Shown here in pieces: positions 38,358 to 49,384 of a stretch of DNA of 64,000 nt. Position 1 is the stretch's first letter; the number at the start of each line of letters is the position of its first letter. Under the pieces are notes generated by a model. That model was not told where the DNA came from. It saw only the letters and a program-made list of their open reading frames with translations, and made no database searches. The stretch lies in contig CAWJEN010000006.1 in the NCBI GenBank assembly GCA_963841915.1, positions 1,184,001 to 1,248,000 on the forward strand, in the 5' to 3' direction. Source of the stretch: an uncultured Planctomycetota bacterium (lineage in GTDB: Bacteria > Planctomycetota > Phycisphaerae > Tepidisphaerales > Tepidisphaeraceae). Both the position numbers and the translations under genes were made by a program.

Positions 38358-40256
38358 TCAAGCCGTCGGCTGCGGCTCGAAGTTCTTCGCCGGCTCGTAC
38401 GTCGCGGGAGCAGACTTTTCGGTCACGTGAGCAGTGGCTTGGTTGCCGCGCAAAGCCGTCAGAATTCCCGCATGACCGATGCGGCGGTGGTAGGCGCCGA
38501 GGTCTTCGCCGCCTTGTCCGTTGACCTTCCAAGCGTCGAATAGTGCAGCCGTCACGAGGGGCACGTCGTCGCGTTTGACCTGCCGGAGGAACAACTTGCC
38601 GTCTTCGACGAGGGGCGTGCCCTGGTGCCTGCCGCCTTCGTCGCCGCCGACTTTGAGCATGTACATATCCGGTCCCTGCCCGACCCAGCCGATGCTCTTG
38701 GTGCCGGGCCTGAAGCACTGCCGTTCGCAGCCGGTGATGCCGATGGATTCGCTGATGTCGCCGTAGCCCATGGCTTCGAGCTTTGTCAGCAGTTCCGGCT
38801 CGAATTGCTCAGAATCCGTGTAGCTCAGTCGGCAGGTCGGCAGGCCGACGCACGCGCCGCTCTTCATGCGAAGCGTGCTGGCCTTGCGGGTGCCGACGCC
38901 GAACTCGGTGACGGTCGCGTCGAAGTCGGCCTTGGCCGCCGGGTCGATGTTGGTCAGCAAGAGGTCCTGGTTGGCCGTCACCATGACCTCTGCGTCGAAC
39001 TTCTCGACGAGCGCCGAGACGAGCGACTGGAGCTTCTCGCCGCGACCTGACGCGCTGCCCATGCCGTCGGCTTTGGCTCCGTCGTCTTCGCCGCGGTCGA
39101 TGAGGCGGCCGTTCTCGACCCAGAGGCCGAAGGCTGCTTTTCCGTTGCTTTCCTGAGTTTGCCATCCGTGATGAAGGCGACGCGGGCCGACGTCGTAGTC
39201 CTCGATGGCGTCGCTGAAGCTGGCCCCGGCCGCCTTGACCTGCTCGCGGTACCAGCCGATGCCCTGGCTATGCACGACGTACTTGAGCCGTGCCCAGTGG
39301 CGGTTCTTGCGGTCGCCCCAATCCTGGTGAACCTTCACGACGGCGTCCATACCCGCGTGCAGCTCATCGGGCGTAAAGACGCCCAGCGGCTCGCCGAGGG
39401 TCGAAAAGCTTGATTTTCCGTTCTTTTCCCCTTGCCCGCCACCGACGTAGAGCTGGTAGGCGGCGAGTTTGCCGTCTTCGATGATGGGGGCGATGCCGAG
39501 ATCGTTCGTGCGAAGCTCGACGCAGTTGTCCATCTCGACGTCGCCCGTCTCGGCGTTGCGGTGGGCGCTGCCGAAGGCGACCTTGAACTTGCGGTTGAGC
39601 AGCGTCGGCGAGTACTCGAATCGGCCGGGGCTGCCGACGCGTTGCTCGGCAGCGACGCGGTCATAGGCGGTGTCGACGCCGAAGATCTGAATGTGCGGCC
39701 CCTCTGGAAGCTGGAAGTACGTGCCGTACCGATGAGCAAGCTCGTGGACGTTGACGAGCGTGGAGAACTTGCTCAGCGGGCAGCCCATGACGTTGCGAAC
39801 GTTGTCGCCGCACCCGTTGAGGGCAAAGAAGCCACTCTTGGCGATGTCACGGACGACGGCTGCAAGGTCGGCCTTCCTGATCCAGTGGAACTGAATGTTC
39901 TGCCGAGTCGTCAGGCGGATGCTCTGGCGACCCTCCGGCGAGGTCGTGTACCGACGGCTGATGTCGTCGATGACCTTCCACTGGTGCGGCAGGAACGCCC
40001 CGCCGCCCGGCACGCTGATGCGGACCATGTACATCCAGTCCTTTTCCTTACCCGTTTTGGCCCGGTTGTACTCGAGGTAGATGCCGTGGCTCTTGGCGAT
40101 GGCCTCGGCCTCGGCAGAGAGCGACTGCTCGACATTGTCGTTGACTGCCTGGGGAAGACCATCCAGCAGGCCGCCAGCGAGCTTGATGCGTTCGTTGCCG
40201 TTCCACTCGGCTTCGGGCGTATGGAGGTAGGGCTCGGGGGCGAGGTGGCGACTCAT
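38358..40256 (-). CDS. Assimilatory sulfite reductase hemoprotein (CysI/Sir family)
   Basis: RLTTRQNIQFH, GDNVRNV, RKFKVA, RHWARLKY, siroheme/4Fe-4S motifs ACVGLPTC and GITGCERQC. Confidence 0.92.
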   Translation of the reverse strand: MSRHLAPEPYLHTPEAEWNGNERIKLAGGLLDGLPQAVNDNVEQSLSAEAEAIAKSHGIYLEYNRAKTGKEKDWMYMVRISVPGGGAFLPHQWKVIDDISRRYTTSPEGRQSIRLTTRQNIQFHWIRKADLAAVVRDIAKSGFFALNGCGDNVRNVMGCPLSKFSTLVNVHELAHRYGTYFQLPEGPHIQIFGVDTAYDRVAAEQRVGSPGRFEYSPTLLNRKFKVAFGSAHRNAETGDVEMDNCVELRTNDLGIAPIIEDGKLAAYQLYVGGGQGEKNGKSSFSTLGEPLGVFTPDELHAGMDAVVKVHQDWGDRKNRHWARLKYVVHSQGIGWYREQVKAAGASFSDAIEDYDVGPRRLHHGWQTQESNGKAAFGLWVENGRLIDRGEDDGAKADGMGSASGRGEKLQSLVSALVEKFDAEVMVTANQDLLLTNIDPAAKADFDATVTEFGVGTRKASTLRMKSGACVGLPTCRLSYTDSEQFEPELLTKLEAMGYGDISESIGITGCERQCFRPGTKSIGWVGQGPDMYMLKVGGDEGGRHQGTPLVEDGKLFLRQVKRDDVPLVTAALFDAWKVNGQGGEDLGAYHRRIGHAGILTALRGNQATAHVTEKSAPATYEPAKNFEPQPTA

Positions 40257-40329
40257 GCTGCCGAAAACCTAGTCGGCCATGGCCAATAGTCAAGATTGAG
40301 CTTGACGCGGTCGATCCACCGGCGAACGG

Positions 40330-41064
40330 TTGGCGGTGAGCTCGCTTCAGGTTCTTCCCGCCGACTTGCCGTTGTGGCACGAAGGCACACCCGACGACAC
40401 CGCGTCGCCCGACAACGTCATCGAGTGGGTCAGCCGCACGTTTCCTGACGATCGCGTTGCAGCGACGACCGGGTTCGGCATGGAAGGTTGCGTGTTGATT
40501 GACCTCATCGATAAGGCCGGCCTGTCGATTCCGGTCATTTGGCTCGATACCGGATTCCTGTTCGACGAAACGCACGACTTACGCCGTCGGCTCGAAGCGA
40601 GATATCCTCGGCTGTCGTTCGTTCGCCACGCAATTGACCTCTCGCCCGAAGAGCAGGACCTGGCCATGGGGCCACGCCTGTGGCAGCGGGATCCTGACCG
40701 GTGCTGTGGGCTCCGCAAGGTCGTGCCGATGCGGCGGGCAATGGCGGATGTCGATGTCTGGCTTGCGGCAGTGCGGCGTGGACAATCACCCGAGCGGGCC
40801 ACTTTGCCGGTGGTCGGGCGCGATGCCAAGCACGATGTGTGGAAGGTGTGCCCGCTGCTGACGTGGAGTCGGCCGCAGGTTTGGCAGTACGTCATCGACC
40901 ACGATCTGCCGTTCAACGTGTTGCACGAGCGGGAGTATCCGACGGTCGGCTGCACGCACTGCACGCGGCCGGTTCCCGGCAGTCGACCGGGCGACTACAG
41001 CCGCGAAGGCCGCTGGACCGGCACGACCAAGAGCGAGTGCGGCCTGCACGGCGCGGGCATTTGA
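40330..41064 (+). CDS. cysH: APS/PAPS reductase (Fe-S motif type)
   Basis: LDTGFLFDET, DRCCGLRKV, YPTVGCTHCT, REGRW, ECGLH. Confidence 0.94.
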   Translation: MAVSSLQVLPADLPLWHEGTPDDTASPDNVIEWVSRTFPDDRVAATTGFGMEGCVLIDLIDKAGLSIPVIWLDTGFLFDETHDLRRRLEARYPRLSFVRHAIDLSPEEQDLAMGPRLWQRDPDRCCGLRKVVPMRRAMADVDVWLAAVRRGQSPERATLPVVGRDAKHDVWKVCPLLTWSRPQVWQYVIDHDLPFNVLHEREYPTVGCTHCTRPVPGSRPGDYSREGRWTGTTKSECGLHGAGI

Positions 41065-41093
41065 GAGCTGCGCACAAGCCAACTCATCCGGAG

Positions 41094-41612
41094 CTAAGCC
41101 ACCTCGAGCGCCGGCGTGTCGACCTCTGACGCCGCTGGCATGGTGTCGACGGGCTCGACGTCTTCAACGACCGGTGGCGGCTTAGGCGCGGTCATGTGGT
41201 CTTTACCGATGCAGAAATAACCGTCGAGGCTCGCTCCTTCGCTGACGGTCATGGAGCGGGCGTCGACGTTACCTGCCAACGTCGATTTGGGACCGGCCAA
41301 AATGGTGCCGCGGACGGTGGTCTTGCCGCCCGTGTTGGAGCGGACTTCGCCGCGGGCGACCAGGCCGCCGCATTCGACGGTCTTGGCCACGACGCGGCCC
41401 TTCTTCTCGACCACGAGCATGCCGACGGTCCTGATCTCACGCCTGGCGTCGTACCGCTTGACCTGCACATCGCTGACCTGCAGCGGCTTGTTGCAGTGCT
41501 TGCAGGTGACGGTCTGGGCACGCCTGCCGACTTCCTGCTCACGCCCGCAGTGGTAGCAGACGATCGTCAGCTGACCGGCGGGCGGGGCGAATCTGGACAA
41601 AAGGTTCGACAC
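41094..41612 (-). CDS. Bactofilin-domain protein with N-terminal zinc ribbon
   Basis: CYHC...CKHC then beta-helical GEV...AGNVDARSMTVSEGASLDG. Confidence 0.8.
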   Translation of the reverse strand: MSNLLSRFAPPAGQLTIVCYHCGREQEVGRRAQTVTCKHCNKPLQVSDVQVKRYDARREIRTVGMLVVEKKGRVVAKTVECGGLVARGEVRSNTGGKTTVRGTILAGPKSTLAGNVDARSMTVSEGASLDGYFCIGKDHMTAPKPPPVVEDVEPVDTMPAASEVDTPALEVA

Positions 41613-41649
41613 GATGCGGGTGGGCTTGGACCGTCAGCCGTCGGCGCTG

Positions 41650-42060
41650 CTAGTTGTTCACGTGCAGGCCGTTACGCAGCGGCATCTCCTGCGAGCCGCC
41701 CTCGGCTTGCGGCTCGCCTTTGCCCTTGGTCGCATTCGGGCCGACAGAAACGTGGCCTTTGAAGACCGCGCCTTCTTCGACGACAAGCTTCGAGGCAGAC
41801 AGGTCGCCTTCGAGGTCGGCCGTCTGGCACAGCTCGACGCGACCTGCGGCGTGCAGGTTGCCGCGGACGTTGCCGTCGACCTTGACATTGCCGGCTTTGA
41901 CCTCACCGGTCAGCGAGGCTTCTCGATCGACGTGCAAAACGCCGGGCGTGCGGATTTCGCCCTCGAACTTGCCTTGCAGACGCAAAGCCTTTTCGAAGGT
42001 GAGCTCGCCCTTGAACGAAACGTCGGGGCCCAGAACGGTTGGATAATCTTGATCGGCCAC
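41650..42060 (-). CDS. Bactofilin (polymer-forming cytoskeletal protein)
   Basis: TVLGPDVSFKGEL...LQGKFEGEI...VDGNVRGN...LVVEEGAVFKG. Confidence 0.92.
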   Translation of the reverse strand: MADQDYPTVLGPDVSFKGELTFEKALRLQGKFEGEIRTPGVLHVDREASLTGEVKAGNVKVDGNVRGNLHAAGRVELCQTADLEGDLSASKLVVEEGAVFKGHVSVGPNATKGKGEPQAEGGSQEMPLRNGLHVNN

Positions 42061-42238
42061 GATGCCACTCCTTGGCGGTCGGGTGAGGTGAAGGTGCGGT
42101 GGATCGTGCATCCAGCACGCCGCGAGCCCGCAGCGTACCAACGACGGCGGCGTTGGCAAGGTTCAAGCTCGGGTTCCTTCTCGAGCCTCACCAACCCCAC
42201 AGGGTTCCGCACACGTCCTGCCGGTCCTACCAATAGAC

Positions 42239-42862
42239 GTGGCAGCGACCCTTCTCATCCTCGGAGCCGGCGGGCACGGCAAGGTCGTCGCAGACGTCGC
42301 CCAGGCGTGCGGCTACGTCGTCGCCGGGTTCGTCGACAACGACCCGTCGCTCACCGGCAAAGCGGTAGCCGGTATCGACGTGCTTGGCCCGATTTCGCGA
42401 CTCGAACGCATCGCTGCCGACGTTGGTGCCCGGCAGGTCGCCGTCGCGTTCGGCGACAACCGCGTTCGGCTGGAACACGCTCGTGAAGCCAGGCGGGCGG
42501 GACTGGCACTTGCGACACTCGTCCATCCCACCGCCAGCGTCGCCGCATCGGCCAAGCTGGGCGACGGAACCGTCGTCTGCCGCGGCGCGAGCGTGTGCGT
42601 CGAGTCGACGGCGGGCGTTGCCTGCCTCATCAACACGAATGCAGTTGTCGATCACGAGTGCGTGCTGGGCGATGCGGTACACGTCTGCCCCGCCGCCTCA
42701 CTCGCGGGGCGCGTCGAGGTGGGCGAGGGTGCGATGGTCGGCATCGGCTCGACGATCATCCAGTGCCTGACGGTCGGGCCGTGGGCGACGGTCGGAGCAG
42801 GCGCGGTTGTGACACGAGACGTGGCAGCCGACGCCACCGTAGTCGGCGTACCGGCCAGGTGA
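42239..42862 (+). CDS. Sugar O/N-acetyltransferase, NeuD/PglD family
   Basis: ILGAGGHGKVVAD, VHPTA, INTNAVVDHEC, VGAGAVVTRDV...VGVPAR. Confidence 0.92.
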   Translation: MAATLLILGAGGHGKVVADVAQACGYVVAGFVDNDPSLTGKAVAGIDVLGPISRLERIAADVGARQVAVAFGDNRVRLEHAREARRAGLALATLVHPTASVAASAKLGDGTVVCRGASVCVESTAGVACLINTNAVVDHECVLGDAVHVCPAASLAGRVEVGEGAMVGIGSTIIQCLTVGPWATVGAGAVVTRDVAADATVVGVPAR

Positions 42863-42870
42863 CGCTCGAG

Positions 42871-43800
42871 CTAAGACGGTGCTTTTCCGAGCTTGTTGAG
42901 CAGGAACGGCAACCACCATTCCTTACGCAGCCGCACCTTGGCGTCGAGCCGGGCGGCGGCGTGCTGTGCCTTGAGACTCGTCTCCAAATCGCCCCGCTTG
43001 CGGGCGGCGTGACTGAGCATCATGAGGTTGTGCAGGAAGTAGGCCCTGGCCCCACGTCGACGCGCCTGACGAATTTGAGGCGTTGGGGCCGGGTGCTTGG
43101 CGACGACGAGTTCGTGCCCTTCGAGGTGGCGCAGCACGCTGCCGCTGGAGTTGCCGGCGTGGACGCGATAATGCAGCGCGATCCGCCCGTCGTAGATGAA
43201 CGTCCCGAGCCCACTCAGGCGGATGTACAGATCCCAGTCGTCGCTGCCCCAGATGTTCGTGTCGTACCCGCCGATGCGGTCGAGGGCGTCTCGGCGGATA
43301 AGCGTCTGACCGGGCGTGGCGATCCAGCAACCGGCCAGGAATTCGTCGTGGCACAAGCCGCTGGGCCTGCGGTAGCCATCGCGCGGCGTCGGTGGCAACG
43401 GCTTGCCGTCACCGTCAATGCGATCATCTTCGCCGTAGACGAGGACGGCGTCGAGATCAGATTCGAGCGCATCGATCTGCCAGGCGAACTTGTCGGGTGG
43501 CAGCACATCGTCATCGTCGAGCAGCGCGACGTACTTGCCTCGGGCGAGCTTGATACCGGCGTTGCGAGCCGACGCCTGACCGCCATTGTCCTTGCGGTGG
43601 TACGTCACGCCTCGGTCGAGATACGGCTTGACGACTTCGCCCGTGTCATCCGGTGAGCCGTCGTCGATGACGAGAATCTCGGTCGGCCCATCGAATGTCT
43701 GGGCCAGCACACTGTCGAGCGTGTGCGGCAAGACTGTGGCGTGGTTGTACGCCGGGATGACGACGCTGACGACGGGCGTGGTGTCGCTGGAATCGCTCAT
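42871..43800 (-). CDS. Glycosyltransferase family 2
   Basis: VSVVIPAYN, VIDDGSPD, NGGQASARNAG, LLDDDD, SDDWDL; ATGA overlap with the upstream gene. Confidence 0.93.
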   Translation of the reverse strand: MSDSSDTTPVVSVVIPAYNHATVLPHTLDSVLAQTFDGPTEILVIDDGSPDDTGEVVKPYLDRGVTYHRKDNGGQASARNAGIKLARGKYVALLDDDDVLPPDKFAWQIDALESDLDAVLVYGEDDRIDGDGKPLPPTPRDGYRRPSGLCHDEFLAGCWIATPGQTLIRRDALDRIGGYDTNIWGSDDWDLYIRLSGLGTFIYDGRIALHYRVHAGNSSGSVLRHLEGHELVVAKHPAPTPQIRQARRRGARAYFLHNLMMLSHAARKRGDLETSLKAQHAAARLDAKVRLRKEWWLPFLLNKLGKAPS

Positions 43801-46800
43801 GCGGCCTTGGCGTCGGAGGTGGCAACGGGCACTGCTGCAGGCAAGGCCGGGGCGTTGGCGGGCGTGACCTGACCGGCAGGCGTGTCGAGAAAGTCGGCCG
43901 GAATCGCCGGAGCAAGCGGAATCGGGTGTGTCAGCAAGGCCACGAGCTGGTTTCGCGTCACAAGGTAGCCGCGGTTTGCAAAGTCGTCGCCCCACGCCCG
44001 GATGGACTCGGCCTCGGTCACCGGACCAGCGGCCGACACGACTTCGGCCCCTGGCCCACGCAGGTAGGCCGACACCAGCGTCGCCAGATGATTGGGCGTT
44101 CGCGTCGAGCGGGATTCGCTGCTCCAGATCACGAACAACCTCGCGTCGGTCGAGGCCAGCACGGTCGCCCACGTTGCGTCGACGCAGGCCGTGTCGCCTA
44201 CGGCAGCTTTGGCTTCGATGACGATCGTGGTGGCGTCGGCAGCATCATCGGGTATCGCCTGCAGATCGTCCGTGACGACGAGCCGATCGAGAAGCGGATA
44301 CCGCTGCCGAGTCACGACCTGCAGCGTCTCCGGCAGCTCGCGTTGCCCACGCGACCCGCGTAGGCCGAGCAGCGACAGGTGCTTGGCGACGACAACGGCA
44401 ACCTTGGGCACCGCCAGGCCACGCTCGTGCAGCTGGTTGAAGCTGAGCCGCTCGACGTCCCGCACGACCGGCCAGAACGTTTTGCCGTCCAGCACGACAG
44501 GCTCGGCATCGGCCGTGCGATCCAGTACGCCGGCAACGTGACGGGCGACCCGCTCGCTGGTGATGCTCGCCAGAGACAGGTTCCAGTCGCACACGTCCTT
44601 GTTGTGCGGCGTACCGGGCACTTCCTGGCGGACAACGACGGCCGGGCTGGTGCCGAGCGGGTACGGGCCCCAGCGTTTGTCATTCTCCGGCCCGACGACG
44701 GCGACGACGGGAACGCCGCGGGCGCGGGCGACGTGCATGACTCCCGTGTCGTTGCAGACAAGGCACTTGCAACCGTCGTAGAAGCCGGTCAAGCCGAGCA
44801 GGCCGCCGGCTTCAAATGCGGTGATGGCTCTGCCGCGGACGGCCTCCGGAATGCGGGCGATGATTGCATCGATGAGTGCCTTCTCGCCGTCACCGGCACC
44901 AGTGAAGACGACTTTGAGCGTCGGCCGCTCCTTCAGCAGCGTCGTCGCGAGTTCCGCAAAGCGGTTGCCCGGCCAGCGTCGGCTCGGCCGTTTGCTGCCC
45001 GGGTGCATGGCCACGACCTCGTCGCCGATGCTTACGCCGATGGCTTCGCGGAACTTGCTTGCGGCTTCGCTGACGGCGTCATCGTTGAGCTGCAGGAACG
45101 GCACCCGCGCCGCCGGCTCGATCGTGCCGAAGACACTCTCGACCAGTCGCAGGTTGAGCTCTGCTTCGTGCAGGTTCGGGTCGATCGGCACAACGTGGTC
45201 GGCATAGCGCTGCAGCGGGTGGCCGTCGTACAGGCCCAGGCGTTGGGGGGCTCCGGAGAAGACGGCCTCCGGCAGGTTGAAGTACCAGACACCGGCGACG
45301 ACAAGGTCGAACCCGCGGCCCAGCAGTCGCATGGCACCGAGCCATCGTGCTGTCCGGCCCTTATTGAAGAAGCGCAGCTCGACGGTCTCGTCGACATACG
45401 GAGATTGCTTGAGCAGCGATCCACCGGAACTGCCGGCGCAAGGGCCACGACCACCTTGGCCGTCGGAAACTTTTCGCGAAGTGCGCGAAGGGTCGGGAAG
45501 AACACGACGGTGTCGCCGAGGTGGCCGTTGCGGACGACGAGAATGCGAGCGACGCGTCGCGTGTCACCTTTGGCCAGTCGAAACAGGCGACGCGTCAGGT
45601 GGTAGCCGTGCCCGAGAACTCGCGTGGCGGCGTAGACGATCTTTTGCTGACCCGACAAGGCCATCGACTCGTAGTTGCCGCTGATGACGCGGACGCTGTG
45701 GTCTTTGCCGTCGAGTCGCGGCTCGACACTGACAGCTTGCCTGCCGGGTCGATCGATCCGCGGCTGAGGTTGACCTTGCTGGTGGCGTGCTTCGGCGGCG
45801 TGCTGCTGGGCCTCGATCAGTCGCTTTTCGAGGTCGTCGGCACGCTTCTGCCAACTGGCCGCCCGGGCGGCGTGCTGGCGTGCCTCGCGCCCTGCCGCCG
45901 GATCGGCCAAGGCCGCGTCGACAGCTTCGGCAAACGCTTCATGCGTCAAGCATACAGCCGCGACGTCGCGTACCGAGTTCAACCCCTCCAACGCCGTCGC
46001 CACCGTCGGCAGGTCGGCGGCGAGATACTCGTACGCCTTGAGCGGATTGCACGCCCGCGTCAGCTCGCTCTGCACGTAAGGCACGAGCCCGATCGTGAAC
46101 CCTTTGTAGACGCCGGCCAGGTCTTCGTACGCAACGCGGCCGGTGAAGTAGACGTTGGGCAATGCCTCCAGCGCGGTAACGTCCACGCCGTCCTTCACGG
46201 GTCCGGCGAGCACGAACGCAACGTCATGGCGACGCCTGGCGAGCGTTGCCACGAGCCATTGGTCCATCCGCTCGTCGACCTGCCCGACAAAGCCGGCCAC
46301 GCCCGCGCGACGTGGCAAGTCGGCGTCGATCCGGTCGAAGATCGCGTGTCGGGGTGATGACGCCAAGGCCGCAGGGGAGAAGTCGTCGACCTCGACACCG
46401 TTCTCCTGCAGGTAGGTGTGCGGCTGGATCTGCTTGAACTGTTCGACGAGCTCCGGCGAAACGGCCAGGGCCACGTGCGACTGCTCCAGGGCGAGCTTCT
46501 GCTCGCGTCGCTGGTGTTCGACAAACGAGGCCGGCATGTTGCCGAAGGCGCTGTTGTCGTCGAAGGCGAGCACCACGCGAGCCGAGGCATCGATGCGGTC
46601 GGCGAGCCAACGCGATGCGGGCCAGCTCGTGATGACCACCGGCGCCCAACAGCCGACGCGTTCGGTCACGCCCCGCACCACACGCGGCGGCAGCCTTGTG
46701 GCGATAGCACGCGGCAGCTTCGGTGCCGGCAGGGTCAGGACGTGCAGGCCGGGCCCGACTTGGCGAAGCCCGTTGCCGCTGGAGGGTGGCCAGACATCAC

Positions 46801-46963
46801 CGACAAAGCGAGTGGGCGTGCTCAGCGACGCGCCACCGGCATCTGGGGCGATGGGGTCGACGTACAACACGCGATGCCCCCGCCGGGCCAGGCGGGTGAG
46901 CAGGTGTTGCTTGGCCGTTCGTGTGACGTGCCAGCCTTGTTGTCCGAGGCAAACAATGTTCAT
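43797..46963 (-). CDS. Multidomain glycosyltransferase (GT4-like + GT9-like + degenerate GT2-like), one frameshift at ~45440
   Basis: GT4: RGHRVLYVD...NPLKAYEYLAADLP. GT9: RILVVRNGHLGD...MHPGSKRPSRRWP...CNDTGVMHVA. C-terminal VPKVAVVV...LPETLQVVTRQRYP...VVTDD. Confidence 0.8.
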
Positions 46964-47054
46964 CGGCTAGGCCGCTGGCGGGCAGACGTCGCCCCTGCGG
47001 CGACGCTACGCCGTTGATCGGTTCATCGCCGTCCCCGGCCTAAGCGGGCGCGGC

Positions 47055-47321
47055 TTAGAAGATGATCTGGAAAATGCTGGCGATGATCGACAGCACACCC
47101 AGCACGATGGCGATGATGCTTGTCACGCCGCCGCGAATGCTCGGGGACAGGGCCATGATCGCCCCGACGACGCCGCTTCCGATCGCGATAATCGACAGGA
47201 GCACGTCGAAGTACTCCGTGAAGTAGACCAACAGCACGCACACGACGGCGACAATGCTGGGAATGCTGAACGACGGCCTCGCAGGGCGACGGCTGGGCGG
47301 GTTGTAGTCGAGGGTGGCCAT
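47055..47321 (-). CDS. Small membrane protein (3 TM)
   Basis: 88 aa, strongly hydrophobic. Confidence 0.7.
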   Translation of the reverse strand: MATLDYNPPSRRPARPSFSIPSIVAVVCVLLVYFTEYFDVLLSIIAIGSGVVGAIMALSPSIRGGVTSIIAIVLGVLSIIASIFQIIF

Positions 47322-47329
47322 GCCCGAAG

Positions 47330-48583
47330 CTATGCAAACGGGCGGCCAAAGCCTACGTGACCGCCGACGAGCGTGGCCACGGGTGCCGCGTCAAGGTGCA
47401 TCAGCGTTGTCAGCGGATCGTCGCCTCCGGGGTCGGCAAAAGCGACCATATCTGCCGAGGCACCAGGCGAGACCTCACCCACGCGACCGTCCAGCCCCAA
47501 TGCCGCGGCACCGCAGGTCGTGATCATCGGCCACAAGGTCTCAGCTGCAACGTTCGGCCTCTCACGAGCGACGTGGCGCAGTTCCGCCAGCACATCAAGG
47601 TCGGGAGTGCTCGCCCGACTGTCTGTGGCAAGGCACACGTTGATGCCGCGGGCGAGCATCTCCTCGAAGGGATGCGGCGGATGGCCGAAGTGAGCGTGCG
47701 TCCGCGGGCAATAGGCCACGGATGCTCGGCCACGGGCGAGGCGATCGAGGTCGCCTGCTTCGAGGTAATTGACGTGGGCCAGCACGATCGGCACCGCCGC
47801 GTCGAGCAGGCCCACGTGGTCGGCAAAGGCGACGGGCGAGCCGTCGAAGGTCGGCACGTCGCCCGTCCAGTCGCCGATCGCCTCCCACAATCGGCGAAAC
47901 GGGCCAGTGCCTTGCCGCAGGAACTCGCCCTCACCCGTCGCCTCTGCCAGATGCGTACACAACGGCCGACGGTGTGCGGTCGCCCAGTCGAGACACCTCG
48001 CGTAGGCGTCAGGCTCGGCCGTGTACGGAGCGTGCGGCGAAACGGCAGTCGTCAGCCGATCGGTCTCTGACGCCAAGTCGGTCGCAGCGGCCACACGCTT
48101 ATCGAGCAAGCTTCTTCGCCCCGCCATCGCCTGCACCTCACCGAAGCTGACGACGCGGATGGGGCCGTCGCGTAAGGCCTTGCGCGTGGCGGCAGGGAAT
48201 CTGCTGATGTCGCCGACGGTCGTGACCCCAAACGCCAGCGACTGGGCCGCCCCCTGCCGGGCCGAGTCGGCGGCGACGGCTTTGACATCAACGCCCTCGG
48301 CCACGCGACGTGTCACGATGCCGATGAGCCAGTCCGCCAGATGCGGCGGCGGCTCGCCCGGTCGGACGTGCGTCAGTTCCAGGTGCGTGTGCGCATTCAC
48401 AAAGCCTGGCAGCAGCAGCACGTCGCCGAGATCGACCGTTTCGCCGTCGAAGGGTGGCAGATCGTCCACCTCGCCACTGGCAACGACGCGGCCTTTGTCG
48501 ACCAGCACGGCCGCCTGCGACACCACGTCAAGTGGCCTGTTGTGCCGTATCAGCGCCATCCGGCCCGCTTTGATCAGCCGCAT
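47330..48583 (-). CDS. Metal-dependent amidohydrolase (deaminase-like)
   Basis: PGFVNAHTHLEL, SPHAPY, THLAE, AHVNY, LATDS. Confidence 0.9.
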   Translation of the reverse strand: MRLIKAGRMALIRHNRPLDVVSQAAVLVDKGRVVASGEVDDLPPFDGETVDLGDVLLLPGFVNAHTHLELTHVRPGEPPPHLADWLIGIVTRRVAEGVDVKAVAADSARQGAAQSLAFGVTTVGDISRFPAATRKALRDGPIRVVSFGEVQAMAGRRSLLDKRVAAATDLASETDRLTTAVSPHAPYTAEPDAYARCLDWATAHRRPLCTHLAEATGEGEFLRQGTGPFRRLWEAIGDWTGDVPTFDGSPVAFADHVGLLDAAVPIVLAHVNYLEAGDLDRLARGRASVAYCPRTHAHFGHPPHPFEEMLARGINVCLATDSRASTPDLDVLAELRHVARERPNVAAETLWPMITTCGAAALGLDGRVGEVSPGASADMVAFADPGGDDPLTTLMHLDAAPVATLVGGHVGFGRPFA

Positions 48584-48674
48584 CGTCGCAGACGATAGCT
48601 ATATTTCAGGTTTGTGCGTCCGGTATCTCTTGTCAGTTTCGCGTTGGCCCCCGGTTCGTTAGAGTCTTTGGCAG

Positions 48675-49241
48675 ATGCCCGTTGATCCCGCCGACGCCAT
48701 GCTCGCAGCCACGACCGGTGGCCAACTCTCACCCGAAGCGATGGCCGATTTGCGCGAAGCGCAGGCGACGATGCGACGCTTCGTGGCGGTCGTCGAGGCG
48801 GACGGTCGGTTCCCGCTCGAGGCCTTTCGATTTTTGCAAGAAGGTCTCGACCACGCCGTCAAGCGAACGCATGGCCCTAACGCAGGCCTGACCCGCAGCC
48901 CCGACGGCAGCGGCAAGCGTGTCGAGCCAGGCACAGATTTGGACGAGCACCCGCACCACATCTCGGCGCGTGAGCTTTGCGAGGGACTTCTCGATCTAGC
49001 CCTGCTCCGCTGGGGCCGCCTGGCCAAAGCCGTACTCAATGGATGGGGTATCGAGCGGACCGACGACTTCGGCACAATGGTCTTTTTGCTCGTCGACAAC
49101 GATCTGCTCCGCAAGACCGAAGGCGATCGGCTCGAAGACTTCAGCGGCATCTTTACGATGAGCGAGATCGAGCGGCAATACGCCATCGATATCGACGGTG
49201 GCATCGAGGCCGACGAGGTGCATGTCGCGGGGGCGGCGTGA
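48675..49241 (+). CDS. Minf_1886-family PVC-superphylum protein
   Basis: RFPLEAFRFLQEGL...HISARELC...WGRLAKAVLNGWGIERTDDFGTMVF...DRLEDF. Confidence 0.85.
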   Translation: MPVDPADAMLAATTGGQLSPEAMADLREAQATMRRFVAVVEADGRFPLEAFRFLQEGLDHAVKRTHGPNAGLTRSPDGSGKRVEPGTDLDEHPHHISARELCEGLLDLALLRWGRLAKAVLNGWGIERTDDFGTMVFLLVDNDLLRKTEGDRLEDFSGIFTMSEIERQYAIDIDGGIEADEVHVAGAA

Positions 49242-49384
49242 GCGAGTCGGCACCGACGCAACCCGAGACGCGACTCAGGGCGGAGCCGTGGCCGTTCAAG
49301 CCGCGGCGCAAGATGTTCTTCGTCCTGCTGGGGCTGTTCGTGATCTGGTTGACGACGCTGTTTGTGCTCAATGTAACGACGTAG
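49238..49384 (+). CDS. Small membrane peptide
   Basis: GTGA overlap with the upstream gene; KPRRKMFFVLLGLFVIWL TM helix. Confidence 0.55.
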   Translation: MSESAPTQPETRLRAEPWPFKPRRKMFFVLLGLFVIWLTTLFVLNVTT

